NCBI GenBank assembly: GCA_964491475.1
Contig: CAZBFO010000005.1
Span: 64,841-128,840, forward strand
Source of the DNA: an uncultured Gammaproteobacteria bacterium
GTDB taxonomy: Bacteria; Patescibacteriota; Patescibacteriia; SG8-24
DNA length: 64,000 bases
Reading direction: 5' to 3'
Part shown: positions 8,105 through 17,478 of the stretch, one piece after another
How positions within the stretch are numbered: the stretch's first letter is position 1
Layout: every line of letters begins with the position of its first letter
Position numbers and translations under genes: made by a program
The notes under the pieces: model-generated
Told to the model about the DNA's origin: nothing
The model's input: the letters and a program-made list of their open reading frames with translations, nothing else
Database searches by the model: none

Positions 8105-9055
8105 TCAGAACTCGCCAGGGTCCTTCCAGTCGTCCTGCGTCACGTGGGTGACGAAGAGCGGCTGACGCAGGCCGGGGCGGGTGATTGAGAGAAGGAACGG
8201 ACCGTCGATGATGACCGGTCTCGGACCGACGTGGATGCTCTCCGTCGTGACCTCCATCTCGTCGGCGGCTCGGGCCTCGGCGCCCTTGTGGTTCATCTTG
8301 AAGCCCAGTTGCTGGACCGCCTGGGCGACCCATGCGCGTTGGCCCGGATCGGTGAAGGTGAACAGATTCAGCATGTAGTCCAGGCTGCGCTTCTGCATGA
8401 GGTCAACCATCGGGAATCGGACGGCCCCGTAGCCCTTGATTTCCTCGAACTGGGCCGGGAAGGCGGGAATGCTCGGGTCGTCGCTTGCGGGGTCGCCACA
8501 TCCGGGATGCGACGGTGCGAACACCCGGTTCGCGAGCGCGGCGAGATCGAGGTCATCGGCGTCGGTGTCGATGCGCGTCATCCAGACGGCGTATCCCGAC
8601 TTCGTCCTGACGCTGGCGACCGGCTGGTCGTGCACCGGAGATCGGTAGATTTTCACGCCTGCGGAGACTTCCGCCGCCGCATTGACGATCGCCCCGTCGG
8701 GAAGGGTGATTTGCTCGCGGGTGCCCTCTTCGAGCCACTCGACGCCGAGCTTCATGATGCCGGCTGTGAGGAAGGAATCGGGTGCCGGCTCCTTGATCTG
8801 CGCCTTCCATCCGTACTTCTGGAGAAAGGCGACGTGCTCGGCGCCGCTCCAGGTGGCGTTCGAGACGATTTCCCTGATGTTCGGCAAGCTTTCGCGGCAT
8901 GGCGCATATACCTCCTTCAGCCATCTTTCCTGCATCGGCGTCGTGGGCTTCCAGACTCTGTCCGGGCCCAGGATGCGGTCGCCGGCTGCGAGCGCGGCTG
9001 CGGTGGTGTACAACGAAACGCTTTTGCTCATGTTGTCTCTCGGCGTGGTGCCCAT
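8105..9055 (-). CDS. hypothetical protein; C-terminal region has weak serpin-like hinge/RCL and C-terminal signature resemblance
   Basis: KMNHKGAEARAAD resembles serpin hinge EVNEEGTEAAAAT; ~30 aa later DGPFLLSI...PLFVTHV resembles DHPFLFLI...LFMGKV; spacing matches, but N-terminal ~250 aa are ~85 aa too short and unlike serpins; track start 9157 is TTG just after a terminator, so Met at 9055/9031 preferred. Confidence 0.5.
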   Translation of the reverse strand: MGTTPRDNMSKSVSLYTTAAALAAGDRILGPDRVWKPTTPMQERWLKEVYAPCRESLPNIREIVSNATWSGAEHVAFLQKYGWKAQIKEPAPDSFLTAGIMKLGVEWLEEGTREQITLPDGAIVNAAAEVSAGVKIYRSPVHDQPVASVRTKSGYAVWMTRIDTDADDLDLAALANRVFAPSHPGCGDPASDDPSIPAFPAQFEEIKGYGAVRFPMVDLMQKRSLDYMLNLFTFTDPGQRAWVAQAVQQLGFKMNHKGAEARAADEMEVTTESIHVGPRPVIIDGPFLLSITRPGLRQPLFVTHVTQDDWKDPGEF

Positions 9056-9157
9056 GCGGGCTTTCGTTCCGCGAGATGCCGTTTCTCCGTGTGAGGCACG
9101 GCTTCGCGGAACGTCTAAGGTAGCGCAATTTGTCGCCTCTGTCAACGGTGGCCGCAA

Positions 9158-9183
9158 AGAAAAAACCGCACGTTCGCGTGCGG
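9158..9183 (-). terminator. rho-independent terminator after protease gene
   Basis: Minus strand: ccgcacg-cgaa-cgtgcgg followed by TTTTTTCTTT, just after stop at 9191. Confidence 0.65.
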
Positions 9184-9190
9184 TTTCCGT

Positions 9191-9961
9191 TTACGGCTTG
9201 TACTCCAGCGTGTCGAGCGCCTTGCCGACCGGCAGGTAGAAGGTCGTGCCGCGACCCTCGATGTAGCCGTCCTTCAGGAGCAGCACGCCCACGAGCCTGC
9301 CCTGCAGGTCCACGAACGGACCGCCGGAATCGCCGTGACGGCAGGGGAAGCCGACCTTGGTCAGGCCGTGCTTGTCCGCGAAGTCGGTGTTCGTCTTGAT
9401 CACCTTCCCGTGCGTCCAAAACGAGACGTTGCCGAAGTGCCAGAGGTCCTCTCCCGGCCCGGGTGCATCGCGCCGCACCGTGAACGGCTCCGGGAGCTTT
9501 TCTCCCGCGTCGGTCGGACGGAGCAGGACGATGTCCAGCTCGCGGTTGAAGACGACGATGGACATCGGCACGTCGCGCGGATTGGTCACCACGTTGGCGT
9601 CGTCGTCGATGTGCCTGACGGCCGCGACCACCAGCCTGGCGTCCTCCACCACATGATAGGCGGACAGCACCGTCCCGCGCGCGTCGATGACTTCGCCGGT
9701 GCCGGCGGCGTACTCCATGCCCTTTTCGCGGGTGTACCTGCTGACGTGGATGCGTACCGTCGAATTGAAGGCTTTGCGCACGTACGCCAGCCTGGCCGGG
9801 CATTCTTCCTCGCTGACGTCGTAGCAAGGATCGACGGCCATGACGGCGGCCGGACCGTTTGCCGGCGTGCGACCGGACGAACCGCAGCCTGCGGCGGAGA
9901 GCGACAGCATCGTCGTGAAGGCGGCGATCAGCAGACGATGGGGAGAAATCTTGAGCGTCAT
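9191..9961 (-). CDS. trypsin-like (S1) serine protease lipoprotein
   Basis: Catalytic triad context SAYHVV (His), LDIVLL (Asp), GDSGGP (Ser); N-terminal MTLKISPHRLLIAAFTTMLSLSAAGC lipoprotein signal; AAGGGAAG upstream of ATG 9961. Confidence 0.85.
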   Translation of the reverse strand: MTLKISPHRLLIAAFTTMLSLSAAGCGSSGRTPANGPAAVMAVDPCYDVSEEECPARLAYVRKAFNSTVRIHVSRYTREKGMEYAAGTGEVIDARGTVLSAYHVVEDARLVVAAVRHIDDDANVVTNPRDVPMSIVVFNRELDIVLLRPTDAGEKLPEPFTVRRDAPGPGEDLWHFGNVSFWTHGKVIKTNTDFADKHGLTKVGFPCRHGDSGGPFVDLQGRLVGVLLLKDGYIEGRGTTFYLPVGKALDTLEYKP

Positions 9962-10033
9962 GCACTCTTCCCTTTCGTGAAGGAGCTTCCCTCTGCTTAG
10001 CAACAAATTGGCTTTAGGTCAATCCTGCCGTGG

Positions 10034-10039
10034 TATACT
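10034..10039 (+). promoter_or_regulatory. -10 element TATACT placed 6 nt before ATG (leaderless-type start)
   Basis: tggTATACTctcggcATG; same spacing seen at 15671, 21390, 25540 and 5688(-). Confidence 0.35.
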
Positions 10040-10045
10040 CTCGGC

Positions 10046-11149
10046 ATGAAATCCCTCCCGCAAAAAGACCCCTCACCCAAGCTCCCGGAGCCGCAGGAAG
10101 CCAAAAAAGGGCCCATGCTCCGCTCCGAAGGAGCAGCAGTCGGTGCCGTGGCGCTGGTGTTCGTCGCTTTGGTGGTCGGCCTTTTCTTCATCGAGGTCGT
10201 CAAGCAGAACTTGGGGCTGGAAGAGACGTCGGTGACGCTCGGAGCGACGTTCTCCAAGCCGTACGCCGAAAGCCTCGGCCTGAATTGGAAGAAGACCTAC
10301 ACCGCCACCCTCGACGATCTCGGCGTGCGATACTACCGCATCCCCGCCTATTGGGACGACATCGAGCCGCAGCAGGACCAGTGGAACTTCTCCAACATCG
10401 ACTGGCAGATCGCCGAGGCGTCGAAGCGCCATGCCAAGATCGTCCTGGCAATCGGCCGCAAGCTGCCTCGTTGGCCGGAGTGCCACGCGCCGGCGTGGAC
10501 CGCCGCAATGAAAGAGAGCCTGGTGCAGACCCGCATCCTCACAATGCTCGAGAAAACGGTGAAGCGGTACTCGACCGACCCGGCCATCATCATGTGGCAG
10601 GTCGAGAACGAGCCGTTCTTCCAGTTCGGCAACTGTCCGCCGCCCGACAAGGAATTCCTCAAGCGCGAGGTGGCAGTCGTGCGCGCCCTCGACAAGCGTC
10701 CGATCATGGTGACCGAAAGCGGAGAGCTGTCATCGTGGCTTGGCGCCGCCGGTGTCGCCGACGTCCTCGGCATCAGCACCTACCGCACCGTCTGGGACAA
10801 GTACGTCGGTTACTTCTACTGGCCGATCGCGCCGCGCTATTACGCCCAGCGTTTTGCGGCCATCTCGTCATTCGTGGACCGCGCCATCATCAGCGAGATG
10901 CAGGCCGAGCCGTGGCTTCCCAGCGGCATCGGCTCGCTGTCCGTCGACGAGCAGTTGCGCCTCATGAACCCGACGCGTTTGCAGGAAAACGTCAGTTTCG
11001 CCCGCAAGACGGGCTTCCGCGAGGCCTACCTTTGGGGCGTCGAATGGTGGTATTGGCTCAAGGCCGTGAAAGGCCATCCCGAAATGTGGGATGAGGGCAG
11101 GCGCCAGTTCCACGATCCCGCCGACCTCGCCCAACCGGGTGCCAACTAG
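10046..11149 (+). CDS. membrane-anchored glycoside hydrolase, clan GH-A (GH5-like TIM barrel)
   Basis: N-terminal TM AAVGAVALVFVALVVGLFFI; WQVENEP (acid/base Glu in NEP) and VTESGEL (nucleophile Glu) motifs. Confidence 0.75.
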   Translation: MKSLPQKDPSPKLPEPQEAKKGPMLRSEGAAVGAVALVFVALVVGLFFIEVVKQNLGLEETSVTLGATFSKPYAESLGLNWKKTYTATLDDLGVRYYRIPAYWDDIEPQQDQWNFSNIDWQIAEASKRHAKIVLAIGRKLPRWPECHAPAWTAAMKESLVQTRILTMLEKTVKRYSTDPAIIMWQVENEPFFQFGNCPPPDKEFLKREVAVVRALDKRPIMVTESGELSSWLGAAGVADVLGISTYRTVWDKYVGYFYWPIAPRYYAQRFAAISSFVDRAIISEMQAEPWLPSGIGSLSVDEQLRLMNPTRLQENVSFARKTGFREAYLWGVEWWYWLKAVKGHPEMWDEGRRQFHDPADLAQPGAN

Positions 11150-11218
11150 CCGCCATTGACCCGACGCGCCTTTTTTGCTAGGGTTTCCGCGTCCTTTTGC
11201 AGGAAAGGGAACCACGGA

Positions 11219-11794
11219 ATGCTCTTTAAGGAATGCGTGACTCTCGCCGTTCAGCACGAGCTGACGCAAGGCGCCATCAACGTAGCCGTGCGGAAAGTGC
11301 GCGGCCGGGTCGGTACCAAGGACATCGACACGCATTACGACGCGCGCTTCGCCATGCTCTTCGAGGGTTTTGCGGAAAAGATCGGCGCCATTTCCATGGC
11401 GCCGATCCGCGACGATTTAAGCTGCGTCGGCGCGCGCGAAGATTGGCGTCGATTCTTCGCCGACGACACCGCCAAGCGGCTTCGCGGACGATTCGGACGT
11501 TCGATGGCGGAATGCTTTCCGCTTTTAGCCGCCGCAAATCCGGACATGGGCCTCGACGGCTTCGTCCACATGGCCGCGAGGCAGATATGCCGCGCCACGA
11601 GCGATGCCGCTCCCGCGCCCGGCTACATGCGCGACGCCCTTTGGGGCATCGTGAACGTGACTGCGCAGGTATCGCGCTGCGTCGCCGGCGACCTGGATCC
11701 GATGATCCTCGTCGATCCGTCTAACTTCGCGCCCTTGCGGCGGCCGCCGGTGATCCTCGCCCGGCCTGGTCCGCAACCCATCGACTGCAACTGA
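11219..11794 (+). CDS. hypothetical protein
   Basis: ATG 11219 preceded by GGAAAGGGAA; putative TTGACC-17-TAGGGT promoter at 11155..11183; no recognised domain. Confidence 0.5.
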   Translation: MLFKECVTLAVQHELTQGAINVAVRKVRGRVGTKDIDTHYDARFAMLFEGFAEKIGAISMAPIRDDLSCVGAREDWRRFFADDTAKRLRGRFGRSMAECFPLLAAANPDMGLDGFVHMAARQICRATSDAAPAPGYMRDALWGIVNVTAQVSRCVAGDLDPMILVDPSNFAPLRRPPVILARPGPQPIDCN

Positions 11795-11805
11795 ACGCCG
11801 CTTTT

Positions 11806-11836
11806 CCGCCGCGCCCTGCGCGGCGGTTTTGTTTTG
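11806..11836 (+). terminator. rho-independent terminator
   Basis: ccgccgcgc-cctg-cgcggcgg hairpin followed by TTTTGTTTT. Confidence 0.65.
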
Positions 11837-11837
11837 C

Positions 11838-11861
11838 AAAAAACGACCGCGAGAGCGGTCG
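11838..11861 (-). terminator. rho-independent terminator for thioredoxin-like gene
   Basis: Minus strand: cgaccgc-tctc-gcggtcg followed by TTTTTT. Confidence 0.55.
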
Positions 11862-11864
11862 TCA

Positions 11865-12851
11865 TCAGCCGAAGGTGAAGGCGAAGCATTTTGCTCCGGC
11901 ATCCAGGAATTCCAGCCGGAGCAGGTGCGTACTCATCGGGGCATGCGTGTCGAACAGGTCGTACAGGCGGCCCTCGCCAACCTCGATTACTTGCGGGCCG
12001 CCGACGGGCGGTTTGCCGTCGAGCGTCACCGACACGCGCGCGTTTCCGCCTCTCGGCCCCTCCATTACCAGGTGTCCCGTGGAGGCGCTTACTTTGTAGA
12101 CGATCACGGCGCCCGGCTCTTCGGGAGTCGCATAACCGTCATGAACGCTCCAGAGACCTTCCAGGTAATAGATGTGCGGAGAAGGTTCCCGGGCCGCGCT
12201 GTAACGCCGGGGCTGATCCTTGCGCACGGATTCCGGAGAACCGAGATACTCCGAACGTTCAAAGCCGAGATACGTTTCGGGCGTGCCCACGTGCAGGAGT
12301 TCGGCGGACGAGGGGACGTTATTCGCGTCGCCGGTCGCGGGGGAGCGTCCGGCCTCTGCCAGGAGAGCGCGGATCACCGCCTCGGCGTCTTCGTAGCCGC
12401 CCTCGCCGAAGTGGTGGTAGCGGACGTTGCCTTCGGCGTCGACGAAGTAGTCGGCCGGCCAATAGCGGTTCTTGTAGGCGTTCCAGGTGGCGAAGTCGGG
12501 GTCGAGCGCTACCGGAAAGGTTATCCCGAACCGTTCGACCGCCGCCCGCACGTTTGTCGGATCTTTTTCGAAATCGAATTCCGGCGTGTGCACGCCGATG
12601 ACGGTAAGGCCAGAGTCGCCGTACTTTTCGTGCCACATCTTCACCGCAGGTATCGTGCGCACGCAATTGACGCACGAGTACGTCCAGAAGTGCACCAGCA
12701 CCACGCGGCCGCGCAGAGACCGCAGCGTCAGCGGCTCGGCGTTGATCCAGCCGGCAATGCCGCGCAGTTCGGGCGCCACGCCCTCGTTGGCGAGGCTCTG
12801 CGCGTCGACGGGCGCGGGCTTTCGGTGGAAGAAGCGGTCAAAGACGGACAT
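11865..12851 (-). CDS. thioredoxin-fold redoxin-family protein (CxxC) with C-terminal extension
   Basis: WTYSCVNCVRT thiol-disulfide CxxC motif in AhpC/TSA-redoxin context; 328 aa. Confidence 0.75.
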   Translation of the reverse strand: MSVFDRFFHRKPAPVDAQSLANEGVAPELRGIAGWINAEPLTLRSLRGRVVLVHFWTYSCVNCVRTIPAVKMWHEKYGDSGLTVIGVHTPEFDFEKDPTNVRAAVERFGITFPVALDPDFATWNAYKNRYWPADYFVDAEGNVRYHHFGEGGYEDAEAVIRALLAEAGRSPATGDANNVPSSAELLHVGTPETYLGFERSEYLGSPESVRKDQPRRYSAAREPSPHIYYLEGLWSVHDGYATPEEPGAVIVYKVSASTGHLVMEGPRGGNARVSVTLDGKPPVGGPQVIEVGEGRLYDLFDTHAPMSTHLLRLEFLDAGAKCFAFTFG

Positions 12852-12869
12852 GGGTAATCGTTGTCAGCG

Positions 12870-14126
12870 CTAGGAGGCCAGCATTGAACCGTTGATGCTC
12901 TTGATGAGGCGCACTTTGAGGATGCGCCCTCGGTTGACCTGTTCCACCACGGCCATGATGCCGTCGCCGATGGTCACGGGTTGCCCCTGTTTGGGGATTT
13001 TCCCTGCCCGCGAGCGCACCAGGCGTCCGATGGTGCGGAAGTCGCCCGCCTCGATGCGGACGTTGAAGAAGCGGTTGATGTCGGGGATGTCGGTATCGCC
13101 GTGGACCAGCACGGTGTGCTTGTCCACGCGCTTGATGACGTACTCGTCGACGTCGGACTCGTCGCTGATTTCGCCCACAAGCTCCTCGAGCAGGTCCTCG
13201 AGCGTCACGAGGCCCACGACCACCTTGTTCTCATTGATGACGATGGCAAGGTGGACGCGTTTGCGTTTGAACTCGCGGAACAGGTCGTCGATCAGCGCCG
13301 TTTCCGCCACGAAGACGGGATCCGACATGAAGTCACGCACCTTCAGCGAAGCGAGCGCTCCCGGTTCCGAGACGCGCGAGAGCAGGTCCTTGATGTGCAC
13401 CACGCCGACCACGGCGTCCCGCGCGCCCTCGTGGACGGGGTAGCGAGAGAACTTCTGGCTGTTGATGGCGGTCAGCGCTTCCCCGAGCGGCTTGTCCGCA
13501 TCGAGCGATACCATGATCTCCTTCGGCGTCAGGACGTCGCTGGCAGTGATGTCGTTGAACAGGAACACGCGTTCGATAAGTTCCTTTTCGCCGCTCTCGA
13601 CCGCGCCGGTAGAGACGCCCATGCGGGTCATGGTGCGAATTTCCTCTTCGGTGACCAACGTGCCCGTGGCTCCGGACGGGACGAACAGCGAGGCGAGCTT
13701 GTCGAGCCCCGACACGACGGGGCCGAGAACGAACGTCAGGAAAAGCACCGGTCGGGCCGCGGCCAGAGCCCATTTTTCGGATGCGTGCGCCGCATGCGAC
13801 TTAGGGATGAGGTTCACGAAAATAAGCACGATCACCGTCATCAATCCCGTTTCGAGCGCCACGGCGTAGTTGCCCGAAAGGTCATGGGCAATGAGCGTGG
13901 CCAGCGAAGCCGCTCCGATGTCGCAAACGGTCTGTCCCAGCAGCAGCGTCCCTAGCAGCCGGCGGACGTTGCCCTTGAGCCTGCCGACGATTGCCGCGGC
14001 ATGGTTGCCGTTCTTGGTCAGGGTGTGGATGCGGATGTCGCTGACCGAAAAAAGCGCGGTTTCGGCGCCCTCAAAACCGGCAGAAACGCAGAGCAGGAGA
14101 AAAACGGCGATGAGTGACCAAAGCAT
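12870..14126 (-). CDS. CNNM/HlyC-CorC family transporter (DUF21 TM domain + CBS pair + CorC_HlyC)
   Basis: 4 N-terminal TM helices, tandem CBS-like segments, C-terminal transporter-associated domain; 418 aa. Confidence 0.85.
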   Translation of the reverse strand: MLWSLIAVFLLLCVSAGFEGAETALFSVSDIRIHTLTKNGNHAAAIVGRLKGNVRRLLGTLLLGQTVCDIGAASLATLIAHDLSGNYAVALETGLMTVIVLIFVNLIPKSHAAHASEKWALAAARPVLFLTFVLGPVVSGLDKLASLFVPSGATGTLVTEEEIRTMTRMGVSTGAVESGEKELIERVFLFNDITASDVLTPKEIMVSLDADKPLGEALTAINSQKFSRYPVHEGARDAVVGVVHIKDLLSRVSEPGALASLKVRDFMSDPVFVAETALIDDLFREFKRKRVHLAIVINENKVVVGLVTLEDLLEELVGEISDESDVDEYVIKRVDKHTVLVHGDTDIPDINRFFNVRIEAGDFRTIGRLVRSRAGKIPKQGQPVTIGDGIMAVVEQVNRGRILKVRLIKSINGSMLAS

Positions 14127-14132
14127 AGGGAA

Positions 14133-15575
14133 TCAGGCTTTCGCGACAGGTGCCGCAGGAGCCTGAACCGCGTTGCCGCTGGCGACGGGGAACAGCACGC
14201 TCATCTGCGTGCCGACGCGCTCGATGGAGTCGCAGAAAATCTTGCCGCGCATGAGCTCGACGATCTGCTTGGTGATCCAGAGGCCGAGGCCTGTGCCCGG
14301 AATGGTGGCGGTATCCGAGGTCTTCACGCGGTAGAACTTCTGGAACAGCTTCTCGCGCGCCTCGGAAGACATGCCGAGGCCGGTGTCCATCACGCGCACT
14401 TCGACCATGTTGCCCTCCTTGAGCTCGGCCGTGACGGTGACGCTGCCCGCCGGCGTGTACTTGATGGCATTGGAGCACAGGTTGATCAGCACCTGCTTGA
14501 GGCGCGACTTGTCGGCGGAGATGCGGGGGAGTTCGGCGACCGGCTTGCGGAACTCGAACGCCAGGCTCTTCTTGTCGGCCTCGTTCTTGAGCAGCTTGAC
14601 CACTTCCTCGACCAGGGGCTCGATCGGCAGCAGCTCCATGTCCATCTTCATGCGGCCCTGTTCCAGGCGCGACACCTCCAGCAGGTCGTCCACGAGCACG
14701 CTAAGGTGCGTGGAAATGGCCATGGTGGTGTTCATCACTTCGCGCGGTTTGGCATCGAGTTTTCCGAAGGCATCGTCCAGAAACAGCGAAATGTAGCCGC
14801 GAATGGCGGCGATCGGGGCGCGCAGTTCGTGCGAGGCCATCGAGATGAAGTCGTCCTTCATCTGATCGACTTCCTGCAGGCGCTTGTAGAGCGAGGCGTA
14901 TTGGAACAGGCGCGTGTTAGTGGCCAAAATCAGGATGACCACCAGCACCGTGATGAGCAGCCACACGTACGACCAGAACAGGTTGCTGCGCACCAGATTG
15001 TCGATTTGCGCCAGCGAGATCTTGAGCGAGAGCAGCAGGGCGGTGCCGCCTTTGGCGTCCTTGAGCGGCATCACCACGCCCCAAAAGCGCTCGTCGCTGC
15101 GGGCTTCCTCGGGGGTCAGTTGCTGGTCGATGGCTGCAGAGCGCGCCGACTTGGTGAGGTAGGCGATGGCCTGGCCGTTGTAGGAGGCCAGCATGTTCTG
15201 CGTGCCGTGCGCCGAGTGGCCGATGCCGTCCTTGTAGAGGCTGGCGATGACGGTGAAGTCCTTGCCGTCGTACTTGAGCACGTCCATGCTTCGCACTTCC
15301 GGAAGGATCGCGGAGATTTCCTCGACGCGGGCCTGAAGCTTGTCGGCATCGTCCAGCCGGTCCATGCTGGTGACGTTGAACATCTTGCCGATGATCAGCG
15401 AGGTTCGCTGCAGTTCGGCGTCCACGGTGGTGCGAAAACGGTTCACCACGAAAAGGGTGTTCAGTACGATGGTGATGGGCACGAGCACGATGAGCAAAAC
15501 CGCATAGAAGATCTGCCAGTTCTTCTTGAGGAACATCGCGCTGGCGCCTATTTTCGCAGGTGCTGCCGAGGGCAT
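14133..15575 (-). CDS. sensor histidine kinase (2 TM + periplasmic domain, HisKA, HATPase_c)
   Basis: H-box ISMASHELRAPIAAIRGY, G-boxes; start set at Met 15575 (track start 15596 is GTG). Confidence 0.85.
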   Translation of the reverse strand: MPSAAPAKIGASAMFLKKNWQIFYAVLLIVLVPITIVLNTLFVVNRFRTTVDAELQRTSLIIGKMFNVTSMDRLDDADKLQARVEEISAILPEVRSMDVLKYDGKDFTVIASLYKDGIGHSAHGTQNMLASYNGQAIAYLTKSARSAAIDQQLTPEEARSDERFWGVVMPLKDAKGGTALLLSLKISLAQIDNLVRSNLFWSYVWLLITVLVVILILATNTRLFQYASLYKRLQEVDQMKDDFISMASHELRAPIAAIRGYISLFLDDAFGKLDAKPREVMNTTMAISTHLSVLVDDLLEVSRLEQGRMKMDMELLPIEPLVEEVVKLLKNEADKKSLAFEFRKPVAELPRISADKSRLKQVLINLCSNAIKYTPAGSVTVTAELKEGNMVEVRVMDTGLGMSSEAREKLFQKFYRVKTSDTATIPGTGLGLWITKQIVELMRGKIFCDSIERVGTQMSVLFPVASGNAVQAPAAPVAKA

Positions 15576-15586
15576 ATACGCTGGGA

Positions 15587-15615
15587 AGTATAGCACTTTT
15601 TCGGCCGGCCAACAA
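15587..15615 (-). promoter_or_regulatory. sigma70-like promoter for sensor kinase
   Basis: Minus strand TTGTTG-17 nt-TATACT, 11 nt upstream of ATG 15575. Confidence 0.4.
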
Positions 15616-15647
15616 GCAGAAGAGGGTCGGTTTGAGGGGTGTTTTTC

Positions 15648-15676
15648 TTGTCTAGTTGGCGATTTTTTGCTATAAT
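15648..15676 (+). promoter_or_regulatory. sigma70-like promoter for kaiC, TSS predicted at the ATG (leaderless)
   Basis: TTGTCT-17 nt-TATAAT with ATG at 15683, 6 nt after the -10 hexamer. Confidence 0.5.
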
Positions 15677-15682
15677 GCTCCC

Positions 15683-17170
15683 ATGCGCGTTACTCGACAC
15701 CCCATCGACAAGATCAAGACCGGCATCTCCGGTTTCGACGATTTGTCCGAAGGAGGCCTGGCCAAGGGCCGGGCAGCAGTCATTTCGGGCACCGCCGGTT
15801 CCGGAAAGACCCTTTTCGGCATGGAGTTCCTGTATCGCGGAGTCACCGAATTCAAGGAAAACGGGGTGTTCGTGACCTTCGAGGAGCGCCGTTCCGACCT
15901 CCGTAAGGACGTTCAGAGCTTCGGTTGGAACTTTGACGCCCTCGAAAAGCAGGGCAAAGTCGCCTTTGTCGATGCCAGCGGCGTGGCCGAGCATCAGGTC
16001 GAGGTAGGTGAGTACGATTTGGGCGCGCTCATTTCCCGCATTCGTTTTGCCGTCCACAAAGTGAAAGCCAAGCGCGTGGTGATCGACTCGGTCGCCGCGC
16101 TTTTTTTGCGCTACAACGACCAGACGGTGGTGCGCCGCGAGCTGTTCAAGATCATCGACGTGCTGCGCAAGCTGAACGTCACTACCGTCATCACTGCCGA
16201 ACGCGTTCGTGACGAAGACGCCACCTCGCGCTTCGGCGTGGAGGACTTCGTGGTCGACTGCGTGATCAGCCTCTACAACACCTCGGTCGGTCGCGAGCGC
16301 GAGCGCCAGATCGAAATCACCAAGCAGCGCGGCGCCAGTTACCAGACCGGCAAGCATCCGTTCCTGATCAGCTCCTCCGGCATCACGGTGTTCCCCAACG
16401 TGGTCTTCGCGCCGCCGGAAGGCACCAAGGCCGTGCGCATCTCCACCGGCGTGGAGGGCATCGATGCCATGACCGACGGCGGCGTCTATCGCGGATCGAC
16501 CACCTTGCTCATGGGCCCTTCGGGCACCGGACGCACCGTGCTCGGCCTGCATTTCCTGGCCGAAGGCGCGCGTGCCCGCGAACGCGGCCTGCTGATTTCG
16601 TTCGAAGAGGCCGCCTCGCAGCTGGTGGCGGATGCCGAATCCCTCGGCTGGAACTTCGGCAAGATGGAAAAGGAAAAGCGCCTGCGCGTCATCGCCCTGC
16701 AGCCGGAAGGCATGCCCATCGAGTCGTACCTCAAGAAGATCCGCACCATGGTCACCGATTTCGGGGCCAAGCGCGTGGTCATCGACAGCCTTACGCCGAT
16801 CGCGCGCATCGTCGACGAGCAGCGCTTCCGCCGTTTCGTCGTCGCGCTGAACGCGTACTTCAAGAAGCAGAACGTCACGGCGATCATCAACTACACCACG
16901 GACGGTGACAGCCTCAAGGATCATTCCGCGGAGTCGGACCTTGCCGTGGTCGCAGACAACATCTTCGTCATGCGCATCGTCGAGTCGGCGCACAGCATCG
17001 ACCGCGAGATGATCATCACCAAGTCGCGCGCCTCGGCCCACGAACCGATGCCTCGCCGCTACCGCATCACTGCGGAAGGCATGCGCGTCATCGCCGAGGA
17101 CGAGGGCGGCATCGCGACGAAAAAGGCGATCAAAAAGCCCGCAAAACGGGGCAAATCTCGCAAATCCTGA
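15683..17170 (+). CDS. kaiC: circadian clock protein KaiC homolog (double RecA-like ATPase)
   Basis: Strong end-to-end similarity to cyanobacterial KaiC: GISGFDDLSEGGL, two Walker A motifs GTAGSGKT and GPSGTGRT, EITKQRG, catalytic glutamates; 495 aa. Confidence 0.9.
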   Translation: MRVTRHPIDKIKTGISGFDDLSEGGLAKGRAAVISGTAGSGKTLFGMEFLYRGVTEFKENGVFVTFEERRSDLRKDVQSFGWNFDALEKQGKVAFVDASGVAEHQVEVGEYDLGALISRIRFAVHKVKAKRVVIDSVAALFLRYNDQTVVRRELFKIIDVLRKLNVTTVITAERVRDEDATSRFGVEDFVVDCVISLYNTSVGRERERQIEITKQRGASYQTGKHPFLISSSGITVFPNVVFAPPEGTKAVRISTGVEGIDAMTDGGVYRGSTTLLMGPSGTGRTVLGLHFLAEGARARERGLLISFEEAASQLVADAESLGWNFGKMEKEKRLRVIALQPEGMPIESYLKKIRTMVTDFGAKRVVIDSLTPIARIVDEQRFRRFVVALNAYFKKQNVTAIINYTTDGDSLKDHSAESDLAVVADNIFVMRIVESAHSIDREMIITKSRASAHEPMPRRYRITAEGMRVIAEDEGGIATKKAIKKPAKRGKSRKS

Positions 17171-17173
17171 CGT

Positions 17174-17473
17174 ATGGAAAACGTCATCCTGCTGTTCATC
17201 TCCAAAGAGTCGGCCACCTACCACTACACTCGTAGGCAGGTTGAGGCCGCCTGCGCCGGGGTGTCCGGCAAGCCGACGGTGAAAGTCATCGACATCGCGG
17301 AACAGCCGGAGATGGCCGAGAAGTACAACATCGAGGCGCTGCCGACGGTGGTCATCGGCAGCCGCCGCTACGTCGGCACCGCCACTTCCGAAGTGCTCTC
17401 CTCCTGCATGGGGCTCAACAAGACCGGATCGGCCGGCGCCGCGGCTGCAAAGAAGGCTGATCAGAAACGCTGA
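17174..17473 (+). CDS. kaiB: KaiB-like thioredoxin-fold clock protein
   Basis: VILLFISKESATYHY...TVKVIDIAEQPEMAEKYNIEALPTVVIG parallels KaiB LKLYVAGNTPNS...[25 protein letters not shown]; starts 4 nt after kaiC stop. Confidence 0.75.
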   Translation: MENVILLFISKESATYHYTRRQVEAACAGVSGKPTVKVIDIAEQPEMAEKYNIEALPTVVIGSRRYVGTATSEVLSSCMGLNKTGSAGAAAAKKADQKR

Positions 17474-17478
17474 ACCGT

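Noticed and set aside
8105-9157. Calling 8105..9157 a bona fide serpin
   Set aside because: Only the C-terminal ~60 aa resemble serpin hinge/RCL/signature; N-terminal region is too short and lacks serpin helices, so kept as hypothetical with a low-confidence note.
8553-9965. 470-aa minus-strand ORF overlapping the protease gene in another frame
   Set aside because: Extremely Arg-rich; the protease frame has the His/Asp/GDSGGP triad.
15548-17224. 558-aa minus-strand ORF
   Set aside because: Antisense to kaiC, which is unambiguous.
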